DNA of 63,770 nucleotides, counting the filler, from Collodictyon triciliatum (taxonomy: Eukaryota), in NCBI GenBank assembly GCA_043381765.1. It is 6 parts of 6 records of this genome, joined end to end, with 100 filler letters (N's around TTAATTAATTAA, not from the genome) between each part and the next. Parts side by side here need not be neighbours in the genome. Positions count along the whole stretch, not along the records: positions 33,888 to 45,079 come from JBHJMP010002464.1; positions 45,180 to 56,351 come from JBHJMP010002465.1; 4 more parts are not named here. One strand, given 5' to 3'. Numbering within the stretch: position 1 is the first letter of the stretch; every line of letters begins with the position of its first letter. The notes under the pieces are model-generated. The model saw nothing but the letters and a program-made list of their open reading frames with translations, was not told where the DNA came from and searched no databases. Both the position numbers and the translations under genes were made by a program. This document shows, in pieces, positions 41,801 through 55,408 of this stretch.

Positions 41801-42410
41801 CGTTTCGGGTTACCACTGCTCTCCTGAATAAGAATTTACTTTCTTGTCGTGATGATAACAACAGCATTATACATAGTCCATTCAGGTCTCGGCTTTCTAT
41901 GTTCTATCCAACATATATTACAACTAGAGCTTGGTTATCCTCACTCAGGGGTGAATAGATCACCTCCCATTGAGCTTCACTGGATAATGCATGTTGATTG
42001 CACATGCTGATAAATGTCAAGTTTTAACTAGTGCAACGAAGGAGTTCCCGTTGTTGACTTTTATGAAAGAGAAAAAGTTGACAAAATACCTGAATTTTCA
42101 ATAATTTAGCAACACGAAATCATGTATTAAATCCTTAATACTTTCAAGCGGCCACCTAATATTGGCATGCTACACACGATTGAGTGATTCCGTGACTTAT
42201 TACCTATTTCTCCGGTCTGTCCATCTATCTCAGATGTAACATCTATCCCCCACTTGATCTGCATCTAGGATGAGGATTACTAGTTTTTTTTAAAAAAAAA
42301 TTCTTTCGGAATTGCAAGCAATGTGCTGCGATAAAATTTCTATATTGACATGTAGAATAACCTTCTCTTGTAATTTGGTAATTGAATAGGAAAACAAGTA
42401 GGATAAATCC

Positions 42411-43873
42411 ATGGCCCTTGGCATCTTGTTGTTACTTTTGTGGTGCATCACATCCAGTGCGTGCTTGGAGATGGATGTGATAAATATCCATTCTGAGAAA
42501 AACCCAAATACCTATAGCATGAAGGTATACATATTGAAGACTATGATAAATGCAGAGCTTCCCAAATGTTAAAAAATGTTCCAACTCGCTCACAGGAATA
42601 TGTCGATTATTACCGAGCCAACGGAGCCACTTACAACCGTGAGGGACTTAACATGTTACCTGAGTATGACGAATTGTATTGGTTTTCTAGCTGTTTCTTT
42701 TTTGTTGAACCTCTACTAGATGAGGATTGGAGAGGGAGACCTAGGGCAGGCTTCCAATACTCATGGATATATAAGAAGTACATGAAGAATCAAGAGTGGC
42801 CCACAGCTGGTATGCTGCAACGTGATGCAAGTGGAAACTTGATAAAACTAGAGAAATTTTCACCCTTTATAATGCACGAAAGAGAGCATTGGATAAATTT
42901 ACACAATGAAACGCAATTCTTTCTTCATGATCGAGGAAGTGAGGTATTTGTAACAGACTCCAAGAGTGTGTTTTCTGCAACGTGTCGATATCAATTATCA
43001 ATCATGGGATTTAATCACGCCAACATTAGTGTCTCCACAACGAAATGTGTCACGAGTGCCAACTATGACTTAAATGGAGAACGTGTTATTGTTCTTCCGT
43101 TGGGAAAGTGGGGACAAGTCAATTTTTATCACATATGGGTCGATACGCTTATGCACTGGTTCACCTTACCAGATAATATTAAAAATGATGAATCGATAAA
43201 GGTGTTGATAGATCGGCGTACACCTTTTTCCAAGTATGCCCTCGAAGTTATTGGAATATCAGAACAGCGTATAATTGAGTTTGATCGAGGAAAAGACTGC
43301 TCATTATCATTTAAAGAGATTATATTGCCAACGCTGCCTATTTGCATGAAACCTATACTACCTCAAATGACGTTGTTAAGACATCACTTCGGGGTAAGAG
43401 AGTTCAACTTTACTCATTACAAACTTCCCTTTCGAAGTCCCGCGATTTCATTCTCGTCATTTTTTTCATCATTAAGTTCAAGTGTTATGATAGTTTTGGA
43501 TCGTCGTCAGTCCAGACCTGTCAATAACACGGATGAGATGGTTTCTGTGCTCCAATTTAAGTTCAAGGATAAATGGATAGTACAAAAATATGACCATGAG
43601 CCAATGGAGGACACCATTAGATTTTTCAAAAATGCCAGAATAATAATTGGGCATCATGGTGCCGGACTGGCAAATATGCTATTTTCATCTTCGGCAGGCA
43701 TCATAGAAATACATGATACCTCATTTAGACCCGATGGTATAATTGACTGTTACTCTGTAATGGCAAAAAAGTTACAATTTCCTTATATGGCTATTTCAGG
43801 ACACAGAAGTTTTTACGACATCCCTAAAGTGATGGAGTATATTGAAAGGATGATTGCAATAGTCACCCAATAA
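42411..43873 (+). CDS. Glycosyltransferase family 61 / DUF563-like protein with N-terminal signal peptide
   Basis: Exon 1 42411-42524 (MALGILLLLLWCITSSAC...), intron 42525-42595, exon 2 in frame with NFYHIWVDTL and IIIGHHGAGLANMLFS...IIEI (the HGAGLxN motif of GT61). Confidence 0.82.
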
Positions 43874-44634
43874 CGTACATTACCTACGCTCCTGACAGAG
43901 ACATTGTGAGATTTTAAAAGCTCCATCCAAACAACACGAGACCCAAGAATAAATAAAAATTACACAATGAAACTTTTCTGAAGAATATTTTTGTACGGCA
44001 AGGCGCCATGGATATACTGACCTCTATACAGTTATTATAACTAATTCATTTAATCGAGATGTAGTTATTTTAACTGTCGAAAAGCCCTCGTAAATGAGAT
44101 GACGATTAAACAAAATTGAGAAAAATGTTCTGAGGACGCAACGCAATCCTCTATTTCAGAATAGAAATTTACAGAGAATTATTGACGATGAAAAGATAAC
44201 CTAATAAAGGTAAATCAAGAGTGAAATAGTATCGCTATAAGAAATCTTTAGCACTTTCTCTCCTTTATTCGCTTCAAGGGAAGGAAAGGATCCAAGATTT
44301 TTTTACAGTCTAGCGTAGTTGTATGCGCCTTCGTTGAAAGCAGTGACCTGTATCGGATAAGGGTGCATATCGGTTTGGTACGGAAGCTGGATTCAAGGTT
44401 CATCACTATGCATTCGAAAGAGTCAGGAATAATTACAATTCTAAAGAGCTACAGCTACCGGGAGCTCTGACCTGGATTCGATCCGAGGCCAGATTTTCTC
44501 TCCGGAGGCCAATGACCACATGGTCATCCAGCCCTCCTCAAATATTTAGCATAATAATCATATTTTACAGAAAAAGCTTTGTACGCTTTAGGGTAGCAGA
44601 ATCAACTGCCTTCTTTTTTTCCTTTATTCAATTC

Positions 44635-44791
44635 AAAATGCAGCGAGGTTATGCCTTACAAAGGGGCGAGACGGGTGCGCATGGTAGAGAGCAAACGTGA
44701 GTAGGGGAAGACACTACTGTGGAGATAATAGCACTGGAAAGAAATCAGTGATAGCGAATTGGCCAGAAGGGCGTCTCAACTGGTTGATTGG
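44635..44791 (-). mobile_element. Solo diverged copy of the family B retroelement 3' end
   Basis: Reverse-complement match to 41612-41772 (e.g. GCAGCGAGGTTATGCC, GAAGACACTACTGTGGA, AGAAATCAGTGATAGCGA). Confidence 0.85.
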
Positions 44792-45079
44792 CTATGTGGG
44801 TAGCAGGGGTTGGATATGCTGTGGGAGTTTTTTTTATTCTAAAAGTCTTAGCTGTTGAGCCCGTCTCAACAATCTTTCGTTCAACCATCAGAAGTAGTTC
44901 CAAAGTAGGTGGGGATGTGTGGGAGATAGAAAAAGAAAAACAGGGATATTTAAAAAGAAAATAAAGGGAAAAGAGAGGTCCTTGAGGCTTGATAAGAGAC
45001 GCATGGATTTCTTTTGGGGACGCGTGATAGTGTCCCGCGAGTATGAGAAAAAAAAAGGAAAAAAAAGGATGGGTGATAT

Positions 45080-45179
45080 NNNNNNNNNNNNNNNNNNNNN
45101 NNNNNNNNNNNNNNNNNNNNNNNTTAATTAATTAANNNNNNNNNNNNNNNNNNNNNNNNNNNNNNNNNNNNNNNNNNNN
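45080..45179. other. Artificial contig spacer
   Basis: TTAATTAATTAA at 45124-45135. Confidence 0.97.
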
Positions 45180-45212
<33 letters not shown>

Positions 45213-45219
<7 letters not shown>

Positions 45220-46520
45220 CATCGATTGTTGGGACCTGTTGTGATTTCAATATGTAACATCTTGCACACAGATAAGTGTCAGAAACCAAATTATGACACA
45301 ATAAAACCGTACCGTTGATTTTGTGATAGTCATCCACATTCTTTACAATCGACTTTAGAGGTGTTTTCACATTTCGATAGTCTAGTTTTACAGACTTTAG
45401 ATTCTCAAACTCAAGACTTTTTCTATTCTCCATCTGAAAGTCTTTGTTTAACTTTTTCCATTAGAGAACTAACGAGTTTTCAAATTTAATAAAACGTTAG
45501 TCAATTAGCCGATTAGATAAAAACAACTGCATAAAATCAATTTATGTAAAATCAAGCATCTACCGAGACTCTCAAAATGTGCACATTGCGGCAAACAAAC
45601 ACACAAAGTTTTTTTATAAGTGATTTGAGACAAAACGCTGAGAGCCGATTCGGCGAGTTCGAAAGGACAGCCGTGTAGCCATTGCGACTGGAAGTCAACA
45701 TATCGGCCCCAAACAACATGATTGCCGCCGCAAGTGTGGATAATATGCTTTTTTGAGATGCATGTTTGGTGGCAGTTTATAGGGTGGGTTCTGTCTGGGC
45801 CAAGGCAAGGGCTTGTTTGTATTTTTTGAATTTTAATGATAATATTACATAAATGAAAAATAAAATATAAGTTGATTACATGTATAGTATGAGACTATTA
45901 AGTTTTTTAATCTTAATTATATATACTAACCATACTATTGTATTATTCAGGTTGTTTCTTGGATTCACCGAAGCTAGCTTTCATCAATCCAGATTTAATT
46001 TGATGGTTGTCTGCGCAATAAACTGCTATGCATGGGTACACTTTCGTTGTATAAAAAGTGGTATGGTCAGAAAGGGATAAAGCCAAGTTCGTCACAACCT
46101 TTGGAATAAAGTTTATTCGTTTACAGGCTGAATGAGAAAGGAAGGGAAAGGAAAAGAAAAAAAAGAAAAAGAGAAAGAAAAAGAGAAAGAAAAAGAGAAA
46201 AGAGAAAGAGAAAAGAAAAAGAGAAAAGACAAGTGAATCACAGCAACTAATACTGGGCACTATAATCACGATTATCTTGCTGCCCGTTGGTCGGTAGCTG
46301 GAGCTCGATAGGTCTTTTTTATCCCCTTTCTTATTCTTATATTATTATCATTATCATTCGTTTCAAAGAGCTTGCTCCGTCTTATTCATAGGTTGTTGTA
46401 CTCACGGGTTGGTGGCAGCTAGCGTCTTTATCGTCAGTGTGTCTCGGTGCATAAACTGTATTGCAAGGGATGTGGTAAAGTGACCTTTTCGCTCTCTGCA
46501 TTGGCTGCATCGGCCTTCCT
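45213..46520 (-). CDS. Possible 5' part of a hypothetical spliced gene
   Basis: Several open segments with GT donors (e.g. gtgagt at about 46404) and ORF MENRKSLEF...TIDER. No recognisable domain. Confidence 0.25.
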
Positions 46521-46868
46521 GGTTTGCGTACGGTCAGTTGGCATTCCACGGGGCAGGGCTGTGGCGCCGGTCTCCTGGTAGGCGGTCTCGTCCCTCTCAG
46601 GATCCCTCTTTCCGATCGCTTGCGTGTTTTTTTTCTCCGGTTTCAGAATGCGGTGGGTTGAGAGAAGGAAAGAAAGTCAGTGTAATGATATTATTTTCAG
46701 AATGTCCTTTTTTTCTCCTGTGTGCTTGTTTCTGAGCGAATGAGACTTATTCTTATTCATTGCATTTTTTTTTCATCGCTCCATTCAAGTCTATCTCTCA
46801 GCGTGATAACCACGTTTATCCGCATTGTATGTGATGTATAGAATAGATCAACCTTAAACTTTTTCACC

Positions 46869-47013
46869 CAAACAAACAAACAAACAAACAAACAAACAAA
46901 CAAACAAACAAACAAACAAACAAACAAACAAACAAACAAACAAACAAACAAACAAACAAACAAACAAACAAACAAACAAACAAACAAACAAACAAACAAA
47001 CAAACAAACAAAC
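46869..47013. repeat. (AAAC)n microsatellite
   Basis: Perfect tetranucleotide repeat. Confidence 0.95.
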
Positions 47014-47088
47014 CCGCAAACAAACGTTGGAAATTTATTTTTGCTATCAGTGTAAACACCGCTCTCTTGAAAACCGCCTCCTCGGCGC

Positions 47089-50000
47089 TCATTCGTCTGC
47101 TTTGGCAATCTCTTCGATCTGGACTGGTTCTTCGACCAGGGTGGCTTCTTGAGCTTGAACTGCTTCCTCGACTCGAACTGCTTCCTCGACTTGGATCGAT
47201 TCTTCCTCGACCTTGACGGACTCTTCGACTTGGATCGATTCTTCCTCGACTCGAACTACTTCTTCGACTCGAACTGCTTCCTCGACTTGAACTATTTCCT
47301 CGACCTTGACGGACTCTTCGATCTGGATGGTTTCCTCCACTTGGATTGATCCGGTCGCTTCGGCCTGGACACTCTCCTCAGACTCGACCAGCTCCTCGAC
47401 TTGGGCAGACCTTCGCTTCTTGGAGGACTTGCCACTGCCTGAATCAGCGCTCGGGACAAAAGGAGTGTACTTCTCGTCCAGAAGCTCATCCACAACAATC
47501 TGGCCGCTCCTGGAGTTGACATACGGGATGGTTTGTTCCTGAGGGATGACATAGACACCCAGGATGGTTTCCAGTCTCTCGCCGAGGGATCCATGGATTC
47601 TGCTCTCAAGCTGCAAGCACAGGTGCAGTGAGTCAGGATTGACATAATCAGGGAATTATGGGGAGAACAAAGGCCTTCATGAGGCAAGTGGATAAAGAAA
47701 TACCTCCGCGTCCTTGGCAAGAACAGGCTTCGAATCGCTCATCTCAGCGAGCTTCTGTACTCGGGCCTCAATCTTTCCAATCTCTGTGCGGCTCTCCTTC
47801 TCAGCAATGTCGATCTTGGACGTGGCCTCTTCGATGAACTTATTCACACGCCTATTTCAAAGAGCAAGGAAAGGAAGAAATCTGGCTTAGCAAAACTTAG
47901 ATGAAAGTTAGCATAAAATATATATATTCTTGTAGGAAAAAGACGAAAGTAGATTTAGCTGACGGGCTACACATAATAAGGAACAAGTTTGTAGCGATAT
48001 TAGAGTTCCTACATGAAGAGGGGGAAAAAAAAGAGTGAAAGGGAATGCATGTGCGTACTGTTCCAATAAGGACTCTGTGGTTTTGAATTCAGCCGAGCGC
48101 TTATCAACAATCTCCCCAACGATCTCGTTGAAGGATTCCGTTTCGTGAATCTTGCTAACGGTGGCCTTGATCTATATTTCAGGAGCATGATGTCAGTGAG
48201 CGTACGTCAGTTCATTGTGGGATGGTAGAATAAATGACGGAAAGAACTGAATATCTTGAACACATAAGCTAAGACACTTTTATACACCCACTTCATCGTT
48301 GATTGCAGCAGTCATGTTTTCTTTCGAATCGCTAAATTTGCGGCTGATTTCTGTATTAAGTGTGTTGGAAATTTGTCTAATCTAGATGTAATAAAAGCAT
48401 GTGAGTGAATGCATGTGCGGAGTAAGTCGCCTGGCGCGCCTCACTTTGGTGAACTTCGAAGATGTAAACGAATACAGATTATCTTTGAGTGAAATTCCTT
48501 TGTTTTGAATAAAGGAAAAATCTTTAAGAGGAATTACTCTCTCTTCAATACGGCTTGTTATGTTGGCTTGAAGGGATTTGATGTAGGACTCAGATTCGAC
48601 ACGGTCACGAGAAAGACTCTCACTGACAAACTGGTCCAAATCATGCTCGAAGCTCTTTGATTGCAGCTCAACCTCTTGACTAATATAAAATACATGAGCT
48701 AGGGTTTCATGAATACATCCAACGTCGTTAAACGCAAATATCAGTCACATTTTGATTCTTCCCCTTGTAAACGATACACGTCAGCTAATTGGAAAGGGAT
48801 TTTGTTATTTTTTTTTTGAAAATAAAGAAAACATACCCAAGCTCCTTGAACTTTTCTTCAATCTTAGAGCGCATCGCATCAACAGCATCTCCCTGAACCG
48901 TGTTCCATATTTCTTCGGGTGTGCGAATGTCCTCCTTCGTCGCCTTTTAAAAGAGATATCTCCTTATTAGCTATTTATTGACAAGTAAAAGGACTGCAGT
49001 TCCTTATTCCCAAAGCCCTTGATATACTCGGCGAGTAGAAAAGTCAATAGGTCTAGGGCGTGGATAATAATAATAATAAAAAACAAACAAACACATATAT
49101 CGTTTCAACACACCATATTTTTCTCGATGTCATCGAGTTGCTCGTCAATGGTTTTGTTAAACTCATCAAGTTTCATGCGATAGGTTTGGTCGACTTCTTG
49201 GACCTGTAACAAACAATTGTAAATTGGTTGTCGTGTCATGGCTTCGGAAATGAACAGAGGATTCTCAATGTGATTTATTTAGATTTTTCCAGATCGACGA
49301 TCAAAAGGGTATTTTACTCGGAGTATGGAAATTATAGACATACACGTTGTTTGGTAGACTTTTCGAACTCATCAAGATCATTCTCGTAGAATTCATGGAT
49401 CTGCATATGACAGCAGAGTGAGTGACTACAATGATAGATACAACATAGTTTCTTCAAACACATGAAACTATTCCAAAAGGAATTCCGTACACGAAGGATT
49501 GCTTCGGCATCATTGATGCGGTTATCCGTTTCAGGAATATGCTAGGATTGCCAGAAGTAATTGCATTTGTCAATGATATGATCAATGTACTATCATAGAA
49601 GATAATTCAAATGGATTTTGAAGGGTACTGAGGATAAACTTGACTAACCTCATAGTATTCTAGTACAGTTGTTTTCCTAGAAAAGTTGCGAATGTCGAAT
49701 TAAATAAAGACTTACAACTACTATCATTCTCAACTGAGCGAAAAACTTACAAGGTGTCCATAATACAACTGCAAATTGGGAATAGCTATTAAATTCATAC
49801 TCTGTGAAGGGTTCTGCGGTCGATGGTTTTGTTGATAATTTTTTCTTCAGAGTTAGTAATTTGCTGTTATTGGTGTTATTACAAGGAAAATGGTTCACAT
49901 ATTCGAAAAGGAAAATACCCGAGTTGATCGTGAATCCCTGGATAGTTAAAAAAAAAAAAAAGATCTTGTAAGAAGTTTGGACGTATGCATTTAAGCAAAG

Positions 50001-50294
50001 GGAGAAGAAGAGGGAGAATAAAACGAACTGTTCTGACGACACTGGAGAGTCCAAGTCCCAGGGCGAGAATAGTCACGAGAATGAAGCCAACTTGTTGAAA
50101 ATTACTGTTCGAGAAGTGAAACCAGCGTGATGAGTGAGTGTTTTAAAATCGGAGCATGGAGCACAGAAGGTTCCCAATTTGTAGTATATTTCAGTCGTCG
50201 AACCAGATTAGAGAGAGGGGCTGCAACAGTTTCCCTGTGAACAAACATTTTAAAAGAAAAGATATACTTACAGATCTGCTGTGTTTGACATCAT
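47089..50294 (-). CDS. Membrane-anchored coiled-coil protein with acidic (V/I)xVEE-repeat C-terminus
   Basis: About 11 short exons: MMSNTADL / NFQQVGFILVTILALGLGLSSVVRT (TM) / heptad-rich E/K exons / last exon with IQVEE-SVKVEE-AVRVEE repeats. Confidence 0.7.
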
Positions 50295-50529
50295 TGTTGG
50301 GTGCCGCTTGTGCGTGAGGGCTGCAAAAGTATATTCATACTCTCTTTAGCAAGAAAATAATTGTACCGAAAGTAAAGTAGCTCATGGTTTCCAAAAGGGA
50401 AAGAAAAGAAGATAAAGAAACTTTCAATATTCCGAAAGAGTGAATATAACCAATAAGTCCTCACAAAATGGGGTCTTCTACGCGAGGGTAAAAAAAAAAA
50501 AATTGAGTAGAAAAGAAAAATATAGACAA

Positions 50530-50725
50530 AAAGACAAAAAGAGAAAAGAAAGAGAAAAGAAAGAGAAAAGAAAGAGAAAAAAAAGAGAAAAAAAAGAGAA
50601 AAAAAAGAGAAAAAAAGAGAAAAAAAAGAGAAAAAAAAGAGAAAAAAAGAGAAAAAAAAGAGAAAAAAGAGAGAAAAAAGAGAGAAAAAAGAGAGAAAAA
50701 AGAGAGAAAAAAGAGAAAAAGAGAA
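50530..50725. repeat. Polypurine (A/G) low-complexity repeat
   Basis: GAGAAAAAAA-type units. Confidence 0.9.
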
Positions 50726-52809
50726 ATGAAATGAGGGAGGTTCGCCGATTAAGAAGTGAGCCATTCCCAGCCTCGATGCAGGAAAGAAATCTTCCACGGC
50801 CAAACACCTCTGTGTTCTTTGTGCGAACCGCGTGTTTGTGCATCCCAACGAGCAAGTGCGTGGGGATGCCTGTCGTTTGATTCAGCTCTTGAGCTTGGCA
50901 AATGCTGTTTCAAAAATTCAAACAGTGGCTTTGTCGCGACGCGAGACTTTTCCCCAAGAAACGTGCTTTGGGCTTGGCTCTAAGCTTTCAATCAGAAAGC
51001 ACAAATATGGAGGATTTCCATGTAGACAAAGCATCATGAGACCAAAAATACAAATGATGTGATACCATACTTTTGTACATTTGTGGAAAATATAACAATC
51101 TGAATTCAAGGTTATATGTAACTGATTTGAAGCTATCCATGCGAATAAAACGTGTGCGTCTTGGTCGGACTCATTTAATAGAGATTAATCTTGAATGCTT
51201 CGGTGGGCGCAGCACCTGCGTTGTGTGAAATGCACAAAACGACACCTTGACCACGAATAATACATCAAATGCAAAAGCGAATATATCTTTCCCATTATAT
51301 AAGTCTGCTAATTGACCTGATACAAGACGCTGTCACGAATAACCCTTTAGCTGTTGTGTTCCTCTCCCCTCAGCGAACCAAGAGGGAAGGTGATGTTGTC
51401 AAATAGGATTCAAACAATAGATTCGAAGCTAACAGCCCGACTACATCAGGGATATCACATCCCAAACTCTCTGAGACACAACGACGGATAGCTTTGGTTG
51501 TTCACATTTACCCACCAATACTCTTAAAATGTTTTATTTGACTATCTTATTTGATGAATAACTGACTGAGGAAGGATGAATACAAGTCGAAGGAAGAAAT
51601 GCCGAAAAAATTCAGATGCAAAGCTGCATAAAATGAGAGACACAAACTCGTGTTATTTCAAAAAGTAGTATATGAACACCATACTATTACTTCGCTTCAC
51701 CAGTATAGAAAAGATGCCGCGTTTCCCCGTCATATTTTGAATTATTATTATTATTTTTAATATTCAAGAGCTCGGATAGGGAGATGTTTCATGAATGGCG
51801 TCGGTTGACCATAAAATTTTGCAAACAAGAAACAAACTAACAAACTAACAAACAAACAAAAACCATGGGCACGTTTTTTTGCAAAGGATTATTCAATTTT
51901 CTGCTAATGGCAGGCAGCACGATTTTGTAAATATTTATTCAGGATTGAATCAGTGACCCAAGACAAATAGCCCAACAGCATTCTGAGCACCTTTCATTTT
52001 TCTCTTCTAAATCGCATATAAGATAAAGCATCAGATGGAAGGAGAAGCGAGAAAAGAATTCGTGAATGTGTGAACGTGTGAATGCTTCCTACCACCCTTC
52101 ATTTTAATCAGTTTCTGAACAAGCGAAATAAAATTAGAATATCCAAGGGTATATATCTAAGCCCACAGTTTTGCGTTGAATAAAATCAATTCCCGAGACA
52201 CCTTAACTTCCTGGCATATCGAATATGGTGTTTTTTAACCTCTCTGAGACGGGTTCATGCATATGACATATGCCTTATATCAACCAAATAACATTCATAG
52301 CATGATAAAAAATTATAAACATGGTTAATTAAAGTTGTGAAGCTAGGGATACCATTAAATAAATCAGATAATATAAAAATGACCAATTATATGCGATGAA
52401 AGAATAATGTTAATTATTACTAGAATCAATTCATTTGTCTTGTTTACAAGAACGAATAAATGCTCACCCAGAGACTTACCATGAAAATAAATGTAAATTT
52501 AAAGATGAAAATTATACATCAACTCAAGCAGACAATCTTGTGAAGCCATTGGTGATAGGAAAACATCTGATCATATATTTCGGGAGGGGAACCAATACCG
52601 CATGCAAAATCAAGTACTTTTATTTTTGTTTAATTACTGCAATTATTCAGGAGAGCACCCCACCCAACCCTACATCACCAACGACTACTGAAGTGCGAAG
52701 GAAAATAGTGGATAAAAACATCAAAATAAAGGAAAGTAAAGATGCAAAGAAGTATTGCCATGACGAAGCAATCCAAGGGGGTTTAAATCATTAAAGATGC
52801 AGCCATCAC

Positions 52810-54472
52810 CGTGGTCGTCTCGCGATAGAGTATAATAGATTGGATACATCCATATCTGAAACGATTGTCCGATTTGTTAGGCTTCGATACATAATAGTTA
52901 GAATACAAAATAGGACTAATTCGGAATTCATACCGAGCCTCGTGGGCATCTGCTTACGTTCTTCAGTAACTCCAGATTTCAAACTTCTCGCCTAATGAAA
53001 AAAAGACCAATATTTTAAAACTCTAGGCAAGAACGAACCCTTGAAATTATGAGATGCACGCACCAACAGCAAACTTTGGTATCGTTGGAAGTTTTCTTTC
53101 TGGTGAGCCTCATAGACGTGGTATCGTCGTGGATGTGGTTTTGAATTTATCTCGTCAAAATGGCCTTCATATTTACTTATTCTTTGGTGGATTGCTGCTT
53201 CTTTTGATTTGGACTTCATATCTCGCTGTAATATTATTTCAATTGAACGAAGAGTGTAAATCAAAAAACGGTATATAATCGTCGCTGTTTACCAACCTCT
53301 TTGTCATCTGCGAGTATCCTGGATTCAATATCCTTTGTATACTTTTGATAAACATCCGCCTTAGCCTTTGATGAATAGTGGCCGTGAGAGGTAGTTTTTC
53401 TTTATTTAACTTGTAAATAGTTATCTCATTTCTGCAAAAAAATAAATGAAAACAACCTTCTGCCTTGATAAAAATTGATTTCTGTCATCCTCTTGATATT
53501 TTACAGGAGACTCTATTGATTTTTTTCAAAAGAATAAATTTTGTTTGTTATAACTGAGATTTATCATTTTTTTTTTGTTATGAATACCTGGCCTATCACA
53601 GAAACCTTGATAACTGCATGGTTTACTGGAAGGAGTGGACAGAATAGGAATCTATAGGAATTTAAATGATTTCTTTTTGAAAATTGTGCTAAAGCAAACG
53701 CAAAAAACTATTACATGCGGATAAAAAAAGTTGAATACTTCATGAATAGGGGATAGCGTAGTGATTGAGTATTCTTCATCGACCGAGTAAGGTGTCATTG
53801 TCCGTATGTGAGTCACTATTTTCTACAGCATTTCATTTAAAAAGCTTTCAATTTTGTGAGGGAAGGTATTTGAATTGCGGGCATTCGAACAATTAAGGAT
53901 GAGACATACAGGATATAACTCTATTTGAAATATATACCTTTTCAGAACTACTAACCGCATATATTAGATTAAGTATTTACATTTCGTTATTAGCGATTGG
54001 AAAAATGTATCAATTTTTAAAATAAATCGGAGCATCAAACCCACAAAACACTCGTACATACACACATCCCTTTGAGCCGAAAATCAAATATCTTAATACC
54101 AAACACTATTTATGCTAACAGATCGATGGGATTATGATTCAATCACTCAATCAATAACTCAATCAAACAGGAAAGAAACAAATAAAAGAGAGAGTGAAAA
54201 TACCTAGAGTCATTGTTTCCATGAAGCATGCTTCCAGACAAAGAGGTGGGACTAAACGAAGCGTCCCACGCGTGTGAGCCTTCATGTGTTGGAGTGACTG
54301 CCCTGTGATGATACTGTGGCCAACCCGAAAACCTCTTGCAGGAAGGATATTCCGCTCGTGCAACTGCAGTTGAACACTCGCCCAAAACCGATGCTGGAAG
54401 GATGTACCCCGGTTTTCTCGTGAGCGCCGCCGATTGTGCCCGAGGCCGACGGCCGTGTGCGATCAAGTCCAT
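52810..54472 (-). CDS. Hypothetical spliced protein
   Basis: Mostly frame-compatible GT-AG exons (not every junction checked): MDLIAHGRR...GNNDS / SSSEK / KIVTHIRT...PIHE / IPILSTP... / ...KADVYQKYTKDIESRILADDKE / RDMKSKSKE... No recognisable domain. Confidence 0.4.
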
Positions 54473-55408
54473 AACTGTGTAAAAGGGCGCCGATTCGTAT
54501 CATGATGTTTTCTCGTTAAAATCAGTTGGTCTGGTCTTTGCAACACTTGTTTCCGTGCTTTGTCTTCGGCCGCTGACAGATACTCCAACACCGCGGTCAG
54601 GAAAATACAGCGCCTGTGCCTCTGGGTTTCCGACGCCTATCAAGCAAAGAAATGCGGTTGTGAGCAAAAGGAAATACCTGATAAACCCAGAAATAGTTAA
54701 ACGACCACAGATATCTATATATAACTAGTAGACGACAAGCATAACCACACTTGTATAATATGTATATGATATATTATTTATATATATGTAAGCTCCGCTT
54801 GGTCAGTTGTGTACGTTGAGCCGAGAGAAGGTTAGCATCTCCCTCGATAAGGACGAGAGAAGTCTTTTGACTTATCTTACACATCAGTTTAGGCGAGGCT
54901 TAGGCCTTCTAAACCCCTTTTTTTTTCTCCATTTTTTTGGATCTGAGCATTTCTTCTTGAGCGGCAACCTCTTCACATCCCTTCCTCGACAAGTGAGAGT
55001 CAAAACCACGCGCTGGACTTGGCTCGTCACTGCCTCGCGATCGTGTCGCTGCTCTGTGGCGGAGCTTATTCCAAAACCACGCTTCTTTTTCCTCTCAACC
55101 CCACATTTTTTTCTTAATATTTTTTTTTAAAAAATCTTTGTCTTCTCGCTTTTCCTAAAGATTTCTACTCTTTTTGTCAAAGACCACAGCCATCCTTGAT
55201 TTTTCGTTTGATTTTTATTTTATTTTTTTACTCTCCCACCTTTTGAAAACTTTTTTTTTTAATATTGAATTATCCTTGATGCACTGTGGATAACTCAATA
55301 TCATTTTTTTTTTATTATTATTATTATTTTGTTATGTTCGCCAGTATTTACACTCAAGTAGTTTTTGGGTTATACAGTCGAGCATCGGCCCACAGAGACC
55401 ACCAAGAT

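Noticed and set aside
44305-44495. tRNA or tRNA-derived SINE (A-box-like TAGCGTAGTTG, B-box-like GGATTCGATCC)
   Set aside because: The boxes are too far apart and I could not fold a cloverleaf; tRNAscan-SE would settle it.
50291-50880. Long F/L/S-rich and K/R/E-rich ORFs (also at 733, 10998, 24839, 27837, 46757)
   Set aside because: They are translations of microsatellite or polypurine tracts.
50900-52800. Possible gene or ncRNA in the long intergenic stretch
   Set aside because: No coherent exon chain, motif or structure that I can support.
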